A DNA stretch of 64,000 nucleotides from Bacteroidales bacterium (GTDB taxonomy: Bacteria > Bacteroidota > Bacteroidia > Bacteroidales > UBA12481), in the NCBI GenBank assembly GCA_041662065.1, contig JBAZTE010000008.1, positions 78,595 to 142,594 of the forward strand, written 5' to 3'. The notes beneath the pieces are model-generated. The model had not been told where the DNA came from and ran no database searches. It saw only the letters and a list, made by a program, of their open reading frames with translations. The position numbers and the translations under genes were made by a program. Each line of letters begins with the position of its first letter. Positions within the stretch are counted from its first letter, which is position 1. Shown here one piece after another: positions 37,071-44,983 of this stretch.

Positions 37071-39407
37071 TTAGAATTTAAAGTTCCAGGTAATGGAGGG
37101 TACAATTCCAAAAAGTGACAGTCTCACGGCTTCGGTGGTTCCCGGCACAGTTTTACTTTCCCTGAACGAGATGCTGTAAGCGTTTTTCCGGTCATAGACA
37201 TTGTATACCGAAAAATTGATGTCGGAACCCCATCTTTTCTTTTGCTTAAACTGGTAGGTAATCCCCAGGTCAAGCCTGTGGTAGTCAGGCATCCTTGATC
37301 CGTTTCTTTCAGTATAAAGGTTGATGAGAACCCCATCCACCATGTATTTCCCACTAGGAAAAGTTACCGCATCGCCGGTATAATAGATCCAGTTTCCTGA
37401 TAAGGTCAGCCGTTGGGCGATCTGGTAAGAAGCCACGATTGAAATATTGTGGGTCCGGTCCTGCCGTGCTGAAAACCATTGACCAAAATTGATGCGTTCG
37501 AATTGCTTTTCAGATTTTGCCAGGGTATAACTGATCCAGCCTGTAAGTTTCCCGCTGGTTTTGCCTGCCGAGAATTCCAGTCCGTAAGCGCGACCCCTTC
37601 CAAATTCAAGCTCTCCTTCAATATTTGGGTTTAAAAAAGTATTGGCGCCGTTCTTATAATCTACCAGATTGCTGAGGATCTTATAGTATGCTTCCACACT
37701 AAGATCCCAGTTTTTCTTTGGCAGATTCTTGAAGTAGCCGACCGATACCTGATCGGCTGTAGTCGGTTTGATCAGAGGAGTGCTGGGGGTCCACAAATCG
37801 GTAGGTAAGCTGGATACTGAATTCGAAAGGATATGAAGGTACTGAAACATCCGGTTGTAACTTGCCTTGATCGAATTTGTGCTGTTAATCAGGTAGTTTG
37901 CAGTAATCCGGGGCTCAAACCCAATATAGGTATTGTAGAACTTCCCGGATGAATAGGCAACCGAGTCCAGGATTTCCTTATGATCATTATAAGTTTTTAC
38001 TGTGGTTGGTCCTATATTGTTAAACAGGCTCAACCTGAAACCATAATTCATGCTGAACGAATTGCTGATTTTCTGTTCATTGGACACATAGATGCCGCTC
38101 TCCAGGGCCTGCTGAGGCTCTATATGGAAAGAGGGCAGGGTTGTATTCGACTCATTGCCCGGAGTAAAGTTCCCGGCTTTAAACTGATGATAAGTCGAAT
38201 TCCATCCGAAGCGGACCTGGTTGCTGGTATTCGGATACCAGGTAAAATCCTGCTTCAGGCTGTAATCAAGGATCCCTGAGGTCAACTTGAATGAGAAATT
38301 CCCGGCAGCCGCCATGAATCCATAATTATAATCGCTGTAAATGGCTGAAGTATTTAAAAACAAAACCTGGTTAAAAGTATGGTTCCACCGGAGGGTGAGC
38401 GTATTATTACCGGAATCGAATCCGACCTGCTTTAGATCGAAAATGTCCTTTCCCATATAACCGGATAAAAAGAGCCGGTCCTTATCACCCAGGATATAAT
38501 TGGCCTTTAAATTTAAGTCGTAGAAGTAAAGGGTCAGGCCGTCAGCAAGGTTGCTTACCGCTTTTAGGGCCACATCGGCATAGGTGCGCCTGCCGCTGAT
38601 CATGATGGAAGACTTGTCTTTAACCAGAGGACCCTCCACGGTAAGGCGCGATGAAATCAGTCCGATGCCTCCGGTAACCCCCCATGACTTTGAGTTCCCG
38701 TCCCTCATCCGGATATCAAGAACAGATGAAACCCGGCCACCGTATGGAGCCGGAATACCCCCCTTGTACAGTTTTACATCTTTTATGGCATCGGAATTAA
38801 ACACCGAGAAAAAACCCAGAAGGTGGGATGCATTATATACCGGCGCTTCATCCAAAAGAATGTGATTCTGATCAGCTTCGCCTCCCCTGACAAAATAATT
38901 GCTGCCACCCTCACTGCTGGGGCTCACCCCTGGCAAGAGCTGAATAGCCTTAATAATATCCCTTTCGCCAAACAGCACAGGTACTAATTTCAATTGCTTG
39001 ATATCCAGCTTTATCGCACCCATTTCGAGACTCCTGACCGTATTTTTCATGCTTTTTCCGGTAATTTCCACGGTACCCAGCGAAGTGGCCTTTGGTTTGA
39101 GTTCCATATCCCTGTTAGTATCGGATTTCAGGTTCAGCTTCACTGCAACAGTCTCATAACCAAGATATGAGTATTGAATAGTATAATTTCCGGCCGGAAC
39201 TTTAACGGAATAAAATCCATATTGATTAGTAGTGGCCCCGGTATTCAGTTCAACAATCGCCACATTGGCAAATAAAAGGACTTCACCGTTCGCTGCATCC
39301 TTTATGTACCCGCTTAATGAGTACTGGACCTCTTTACCGGCGATCAGATTACAGGGGATCAGCCAAACAAAAGCGAACAGACAGAATAAGAGAAATTTTA
39401 ACTTCAT
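37071..39407 (-). CDS. TonB-dependent outer-membrane receptor with N-terminal CarboxypepD_reg-like domain
   Basis: ORF track (to 39458). The signal peptide MKLKFLLFCLFAFVWLIPCNLIAG argues for a start at 39407. It has a SGYIKDAANGEVLLFANV regulatory-like domain, a plug region (…RGGEADQNHILLDEAPVYN) and a C-terminal aromatic end ITWNFKF. Confidence 0.85.
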   Translation of the reverse strand: MKLKFLLFCLFAFVWLIPCNLIAGKEVQYSLSGYIKDAANGEVLLFANVAIVELNTGATTNQYGFYSVKVPAGNYTIQYSYLGYETVAVKLNLKSDTNRDMELKPKATSLGTVEITGKSMKNTVRSLEMGAIKLDIKQLKLVPVLFGERDIIKAIQLLPGVSPSSEGGSNYFVRGGEADQNHILLDEAPVYNASHLLGFFSVFNSDAIKDVKLYKGGIPAPYGGRVSSVLDIRMRDGNSKSWGVTGGIGLISSRLTVEGPLVKDKSSIMISGRRTYADVALKAVSNLADGLTLYFYDLNLKANYILGDKDRLFLSGYMGKDIFDLKQVGFDSGNNTLTLRWNHTFNQVLFLNTSAIYSDYNYGFMAAAGNFSFKLTSGILDYSLKQDFTWYPNTSNQVRFGWNSTYHQFKAGNFTPGNESNTTLPSFHIEPQQALESGIYVSNEQKISNSFSMNYGFRLSLFNNIGPTTVKTYNDHKEILDSVAYSSGKFYNTYIGFEPRITANYLINSTNSIKASYNRMFQYLHILSNSVSSLPTDLWTPSTPLIKPTTADQVSVGYFKNLPKKNWDLSVEAYYKILSNLVDYKNGANTFLNPNIEGELEFGRGRAYGLEFSAGKTSGKLTGWISYTLAKSEKQFERINFGQWFSARQDRTHNISIVASYQIAQRLTLSGNWIYYTGDAVTFPSGKYMVDGVLINLYTERNGSRMPDYHRLDLGITYQFKQKKRWGSDINFSVYNVYDRKNAYSISFRESKTVPGTTEAVRLSLFGIVPSITWNFKF

Positions 39408-39474
39408 GAATTTTTCAAATAAGTATTTAAGAAAGAAGGATATAGCAATTATTGCCATAAAAAAAATGAAACCG

Positions 39475-39543
39475 CAAAGGAAATGGACCTTCAGACTTTA
39501 ACAAAGGAAAATGTGATAAGCGGCAGTATAAGGTGATAGGCGG
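39475..39543 (-). promoter_or_regulatory. operator+promoter module copy 9 (between the LytTR gene stop and the TonB receptor)
   Basis: The reverse complement reads CCGCCTATCACcttatactgCCGCTTATCACattttccTTTGttaaagtctgaaggtccaTTTCCTTTG. The distal repeat ends 6 nt after the response-regulator stop codon (39550). Confidence 0.65.
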
Positions 39544-39549
39544 CTCTCC

Positions 39550-40272
39550 CTAAGCCAGATCTTTCAGTTTACCGGCAAACCTGCGGCTGATTTCCAGGGG
39601 TTGGGACAGGTTTTTTAAGTATGCCAGGTGAAGAGTGTTGGATTTCTTTTCAATACGATCGATATGGTCGATGTTAATAATGCACGACCGGTGAATCCTG
39701 ATAAAGTGATTGGCAGGAAGCTCTTCATTCCACTGTTTCAGTGTTTTCAATACGAGGGAGCACTTTCCTTCCAGGGTAGTGATCCTGGAATAATTCCCTA
39801 CCGGGCAAATATGGGTAATGGAACTGATTTTAATAAACGTTGATCTGGAATTTGTTAACCGCACATAAATGCTGTCGGAATATTCATAAACCTTGGTGGT
39901 CTTGTCAGATTCGGTTTTTGAAGTGAGAATACGGTCGAGCGAAGTCTTCAGCCGCTCTGGGCTTACCGGTTTCAGCAGGTAATCGGCAGCATTCACCTCA
40001 AAGGCCCGTATGGCATATTCGTCAAAGGCGGTCACAAAGATAATTTCGATGGAATTGTCGGTCATTTCCAGCAGATCAAAGCCGGTTTCCCCGTTGAGCT
40101 GAATATCGAGAAAGACCAACCCGGGCTTATACAGCCTGATCAATTCCACGGCGGTGCTGCACGAAGCGGCTTCTCCAATGATTTCGACACGCGGGTGCGA
40201 TTCAAGCAGTTTACGGAGGTTGACCCTCGCCAACCTTTCGTCATCGACAATAATGGCTTTCAGGGTTTTCAT
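39550..40272 (-). CDS. LytTR-family two-component response regulator (240 aa)
   Basis: ORF track. The receiver domain reads IIVDDERLARVNL...LVFLDIQL. The C-terminal LytTR-type segment reads FIRIHRSCIINIDHIDRIEK. Confidence 0.9.
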   Translation of the reverse strand: MKTLKAIIVDDERLARVNLRKLLESHPRVEIIGEAASCSTAVELIRLYKPGLVFLDIQLNGETGFDLLEMTDNSIEIIFVTAFDEYAIRAFEVNAADYLLKPVSPERLKTSLDRILTSKTESDKTTKVYEYSDSIYVRLTNSRSTFIKISSITHICPVGNYSRITTLEGKCSLVLKTLKQWNEELPANHFIRIHRSCIINIDHIDRIEKKSNTLHLAYLKNLSQPLEISRRFAGKLKDLA

Positions 40273-40274
40273 CT

Positions 40275-41414
40275 TTATGACTGATCAAATTCAATTTCAA
40301 TGGCGGCGGTCACCCACCCGTTATCGGCAGTAAGGGAAAAGGAATACTTATCGTTATAGAACAAGGCTAGGCGGTTCTTGATGTTCTCGATGCCGCTGCC
40401 CGTACCATTCGTGCCTGATTTATCCGTATTCAATTTACCGGTATTTATAACCTTAATCAAAAGCAGCTTGTGTTTCAATTCAGTCGTAAGACGGATAACC
40501 AGTTTTTGCTCATTCGACTTGATGCCATATTTCACGGCGTTTTCAACCAGCAGGTGAATCACAAATGAGGGGATTAATATTTCTCGCGTGGCTTCGGCGA
40601 CGGAAATCTCATATTCAAAATTCTCCTCAAAGCGTGTTTTCTGAATTTCGAGATACTTGACAACCGCTTCAACCTCTTTCCCCACAGAAATGGCCTGCTC
40701 CTGCTTGTTAAGGGTATACCGGTAATAATCCGACATATCTACCACCAGTTTCTTGGCTTTCTCTGTGTTTTCATCGATCAGCGCATGGATGGAATTCAGT
40801 ACATTAAATAAAAAGTGAGGGTTGATCTGGTAATGGAGCATTTTGAGTTGTACCTCTTTCGCCAGAGCCTCAGCTTTATGCATTTCATCTTTTTGTTTGG
40901 CAAACTTGAGCTGAAGGCGGGTAAGATAAAAGGTCGTACTTAGAAAAAGAATGGCTGCCATAAGCCCGGGCGAATATTTTTTCAGGACATCCAGTGTTAT
41001 CGGAGGTCGGTTGGTCCGGTACCAGAAAACAGTTTCGAGACCGGACGAAAAATAAATGAGAAGGGTTGGCCCGAAAATGGCAAAGACTAAAATCATGACA
41101 ATGAGCAGGGACACCCGTCTTTTTTTTATCGCCCATTTATAGGAAACGATCATCAGGAGAGCAAACGGTAATAAAGACAGAAACTCAAACAGTTGCTCCA
41201 ATAGTAAAATCTTGGTTTTGCCGGGGGTAGGCGGAAGCCAGGCCATCCAATCGAGGGTCCGGGTTATCTCGAGCAAAACCAGAACGATGAGCAGGTTGAA
41301 AAAATACGGGTACTTTTTGAAAAGCATGACAAACTTCCTAATATTCAGGCCAAATTTATGTATTTCCAAAACATTTAAAGGATTCTCGTTTGTGATAAGG
41401 GTAGTTTTTGACAT
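40275..41414 (-). CDS. membrane sensor histidine kinase of the LytS/YehU type (His_kinase + HATPase)
   Basis: ORF track (its TTG at 41417 is followed by ATG 41414). There are about 5 N-terminal TM segments. It has YQINPHFLFNVLNSIHALI (PF06580-type H region) and LLVENAVKYG (N-box). Confidence 0.85.
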   Translation of the reverse strand: MSKTTLITNENPLNVLEIHKFGLNIRKFVMLFKKYPYFFNLLIVLVLLEITRTLDWMAWLPPTPGKTKILLLEQLFEFLSLLPFALLMIVSYKWAIKKRRVSLLIVMILVFAIFGPTLLIYFSSGLETVFWYRTNRPPITLDVLKKYSPGLMAAILFLSTTFYLTRLQLKFAKQKDEMHKAEALAKEVQLKMLHYQINPHFLFNVLNSIHALIDENTEKAKKLVVDMSDYYRYTLNKQEQAISVGKEVEAVVKYLEIQKTRFEENFEYEISVAEATREILIPSFVIHLLVENAVKYGIKSNEQKLVIRLTTELKHKLLLIKVINTGKLNTDKSGTNGTGSGIENIKNRLALFYNDKYSFSLTADNGWVTAAIEIEFDQS

Positions 41415-41426
41415 CAAGACAGGAAA

Positions 41427-41759
41427 TCAAGACAGGAATTCACCGTCGATGATCAGTAATTTAACTGCTGTTTCGGCAATTGAACGGTGAGAGCTAAGTT
41501 CATCTGACACCACATAAGTCATTCCGGTGGTGAGGACAAATTTTTCACCGTTTTCCATCTCGCTTGTGAAATCTCCTTCCAGGCAATAGACTATATGCCC
41601 CTTATGACACCAGTGGTCGGCCACATAGCCTTTGGAATATTCCACGATCCTGATGCGTAATCCTTCAAATTGAACGGTTTGCCAAAAAGCAACTCCAGGT
41701 TCCCCCTGGTGTTCGGTCTTCGGAATGCTTGTCCAATCAATGGTCTGAAATGGTATCAT
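41427..41759 (-). CDS. small cupin-fold protein (110 aa), first gene of the kinase/regulator operon
   Basis: ORF track. Its size and beta-rich pattern, with VADHWCHKGHIVYCLEGD, resemble the single-domain cupin family with a DHCW-type motif. Confidence 0.55.
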   Translation of the reverse strand: MIPFQTIDWTSIPKTEHQGEPGVAFWQTVQFEGLRIRIVEYSKGYVADHWCHKGHIVYCLEGDFTSEMENGEKFVLTTGMTYVVSDELSSHRSIAETAVKLLIIDGEFLS

Positions 41760-41839
41760 CTTAACTGATTTTAACTGATGTTAAAGTTAAGTTTATCCAT
41801 ATTCAATTCGATCTGTTGTGTTGGGTGCCTACCGGCATC

Positions 41840-44800
41840 CTATATATCTTTGATACACCTGAATCCAATGGTGGAGGAACGCTCATACCCCTGTGATACA
41901 CGGAGCAGTTGTTGCCTGTTAATCAGTGGAAGTGGTCCACCTTTAACATACCACCAGCTGGAAAAGAGATCAAAATAACACCCCCCTTTAAGGATGACGT
42001 AATCGATTGTCCCTGATCGGTATAAATCATTCGTAAGCTGCCAGACAGATCCTGTTAAATCCAACAGTCCCAAGGGATTGGCGCCTTCTGGATAAGTTCC
42101 AACGGGATCCATCACTCCATTGCCTGGATTAGAATATTTTCCGCTCGAATCCGGCTCATTCCCCCAGGGCCACTTTATATTCTTACCTGCCTGGGCTGCG
42201 TATTGCCATTCCTTTTCGGTAGGGAGGCGTTTTCCGGCCCATTGAGCGTAAGCCCTGGCATCTTCATAAGAAACATAGGTAACGGGATAATCTCCCCGGC
42301 CCACTGGATAATTTCCCTTACTCCAATCCAACAGAAAGCGCTCGTCATCTTTGGGTTGATATCCCGATTCTTCCAAAAACTTCTTAAATTCCTTATTGGT
42401 TACCGGATGAATATCCATCAGAAAACTTTCCATCGAAAATGTTTTTCCCATATCGGCTACCGGGTGTTTTACAAACCAGTCGCCAACCTGGGCAGCCTTG
42501 AATAAAAACTTGCCGGCAGGAATAACCACCATACCGGGCTCACCTGGCTTACCGGGAACGGTTGGCTCCACTACACTTGCTATTCTGGGCTGCCTGTAGG
42601 GTATATTCAGGGTACATTGTTCAATAACCTGGTCTTCATTCAGGAGCTGTACAAGAAGATCACCTTCATATACCCCGATGTTATCCAGGAGTTTGACTTT
42701 AGCTTCTCGGGCGTTCAGCTGGATTGGCGGTAAATCCTGATCATCCCGGGCAATCACCCGGAAAGAGTTTCCGGCATTGGCAGTGAGTATTAGTAAATCC
42801 TGTTCTCCCCTTAATTCTGCTTTCATTACGGGGGATTCAAAGTTGCTCTTTCCTTGTGAAGAGAGATATTGGGCCGGCTTTTTTATTAGGGACAGTTCTC
42901 CCTCCACAATGGATTCATCAATGATCTGACTTCCGTCAAACAACTGAATGACAACATACCTGTCCTTGGGAATTTTGCTCTTATATGAATCCCCAGGGAC
43001 CAGGCCCTTCAATTCTTCCAGGGGTTCATTGCTGTAAGAAGGCAATCCTTCCCAAACCTTTATACAGTCACCCCGGTCAGCTGAAATTATCAGTTTACCT
43101 GAACCAGCGGATGAAACCTTAAGAATCTTCTCAAACTGCCCGATACAACCCGACTGACCTTCGTTATTGGTTTTCAGGTATGCCGGATTAAACTTTGCAA
43201 TATCTACGGGTGCAAACCATTTACCATCCATGTGCAGAGGTTCAATTTCCCGGTGGTTCCAAAGGTCAACCAAATGGGTTCCGGTTTCCGGATTAACTTC
43301 GAATAGAAGTCCCTGATATCCAGTGGGTAAAATACTGAACATCGTATAGATTATTTTGTTACCAAATTCCCAGGCGTTAACCCAGATGCTGTCTGTTACG
43401 GTAGGTAAAAGCGGGGTATAGTTACCCTCAATGAAATTATGGCTGCTTTCTCTTAGTATCCTGGCTGTACGTCCCAGGTAGCAATAACTGTCCTCAAGCC
43501 AATCAATATTTGGGTTAACAGATAAATGTATATCAACACCATAGCCATTGAAAAAAGCCAGGGAGAAATTCCTCAGCATGCTTTCTTTTTCAATTACTGT
43601 TTGCTGAAAGCATGCAAAATCCTGACGGATCAGCTTATTCAGATTTAAAACCGGGGGATACTCCAAAGCAGCATGCACACGTCCAACCACGCTGTTTTGC
43701 ATGTCTTTGGGCACGGGCATTCCTTCGGGAAATATTACGATCCCCATTTTATACTGATCAAGTTCCTTTTGCAATAAGCTGTCTCCTTCGCTTCTGGTAT
43801 CGTACATCAGGCCCCAGAGGTTGGCTGCCTGAATGGTTTTACCCAGTCCCTCCGCATGTTTTTCACTTCGCGTGCTGTTGTGCAGCTCTTTATATCCGGC
43901 GGGAAGATCCCAGGGGTTGTATGCTGTAATTATATGATTACCATGACTTAAGGCCTCGTCACTGATTTTTCGGAGCGTATCCGGACCTCCAGGCAGACTT
44001 CTAAGCAAATCGAACTGATTTCGCTGATCAATTCCCAGAACAGGAAAGCCATGCCAAAGCGTAATACAATCATCTCCACCGAACAGCTGACGCATCTTTT
44101 CCTCAAAGGCTCCAAAGGTATAGGCCCCTGTCTTGTAATCATAAAAATAGTTATACCAGACCTGTACAAAATGGGAAACATAGGCTTCGCGAATCCATTG
44201 TTGGTCTTCTCTTTGAATAAGGTGTTCATCAAACTGTCCGGGTTCAACATCGTAGAGCATACGATCCTTGAACATCAGCTTCAGGCCCGCCTGCCAGGTC
44301 CCGATGAATGAGTCCATCCACATACTGTACCGCAGTGATCCTCCGGGGTAAAGGGCCGTAGAAAACCTGCTTTTCCCGATTCGGCTGCTTTGATCGATAT
44401 CTCTCCGTGTTAAGGCAGCAATACTGTTTCCATTATCCACATTGACCACACTGAATCCCAGCTCCCAGGCATTATCAGGGACAATGACATTGAGTGGCTG
44501 GTAATCTGGCCTGAACAGGTGTGTCATAGAAAGTGAAGGCTTGCCGTAGGAGGTAATGTACACATGCCGGTCTGATTCACCGAACGGAACGATGTTTGAA
44601 ATTTGCAATGTATCATTCGTAAGGTTAAAAAAGGTAATTTCAAACTTTAGTCCCTTGCTGCAAGGTACCTGCAGGTAGGAGATTTTTACGCGATCAAAAA
44701 CACCTGAATTGTCGGTCGTTTGCCCGGCCAGAGTTGTTTTTTTCTCCCCATTTAGTTGGAATGAGATCAAAGGCAAAGGATAAGCAGCTTTCTGCCATCC

Positions 44801-44926
44801 GTTGAATCCGGCAATGGTAAATCCTTCATCCGTATTGACTGCAACTGATTTAAGGGCCTGCCCCATGGAACCGATGGCTGTCAACGCAAATAAAAAAGTC
44901 AAAAAAATACCTCTGATTACCCTCAT
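41840..44926 (-). CDS. secreted 1028-aa protein: large N-terminal domain of unknown function + C-terminal FGE-sulfatase (SUMF1/EgtB/PvdO-type) domain
   Basis: ORF track. It has a signal peptide (...IGSMGQA). The C-terminal ~230 aa contain MVVIPAGKF, HPVTNKEFKKFLEESGY, PVTYVSYEDARAYAQWAGKRLPTEKEWQYAA, GSVWQLTND and STIGFRC, which are hallmarks of the FGE-sulfatase fold. Confidence 0.75.
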   Translation of the reverse strand: MRVIRGIFLTFLFALTAIGSMGQALKSVAVNTDEGFTIAGFNGWQKAAYPLPLISFQLNGEKKTTLAGQTTDNSGVFDRVKISYLQVPCSKGLKFEITFFNLTNDTLQISNIVPFGESDRHVYITSYGKPSLSMTHLFRPDYQPLNVIVPDNAWELGFSVVNVDNGNSIAALTRRDIDQSSRIGKSRFSTALYPGGSLRYSMWMDSFIGTWQAGLKLMFKDRMLYDVEPGQFDEHLIQREDQQWIREAYVSHFVQVWYNYFYDYKTGAYTFGAFEEKMRQLFGGDDCITLWHGFPVLGIDQRNQFDLLRSLPGGPDTLRKISDEALSHGNHIITAYNPWDLPAGYKELHNSTRSEKHAEGLGKTIQAANLWGLMYDTRSEGDSLLQKELDQYKMGIVIFPEGMPVPKDMQNSVVGRVHAALEYPPVLNLNKLIRQDFACFQQTVIEKESMLRNFSLAFFNGYGVDIHLSVNPNIDWLEDSYCYLGRTARILRESSHNFIEGNYTPLLPTVTDSIWVNAWEFGNKIIYTMFSILPTGYQGLLFEVNPETGTHLVDLWNHREIEPLHMDGKWFAPVDIAKFNPAYLKTNNEGQSGCIGQFEKILKVSSAGSGKLIISADRGDCIKVWEGLPSYSNEPLEELKGLVPGDSYKSKIPKDRYVVIQLFDGSQIIDESIVEGELSLIKKPAQYLSSQGKSNFESPVMKAELRGEQDLLILTANAGNSFRVIARDDQDLPPIQLNAREAKVKLLDNIGVYEGDLLVQLLNEDQVIEQCTLNIPYRQPRIASVVEPTVPGKPGEPGMVVIPAGKFLFKAAQVGDWFVKHPVADMGKTFSMESFLMDIHPVTNKEFKKFLEESGYQPKDDERFLLDWSKGNYPVGRGDYPVTYVSYEDARAYAQWAGKRLPTEKEWQYAAQAGKNIKWPWGNEPDSSGKYSNPGNGVMDPVGTYPEGANPLGLLDLTGSVWQLTNDLYRSGTIDYVILKGGCYFDLFSSWWYVKGGPLPLINRQQLLRVSQGYERSSTIGFRCIKDI

Positions 44927-44983
44927 AATTTTCTGGTTTTTATTAAGCCGTCAAACGATTTCTTGAACGTTTATTCCACAGTA

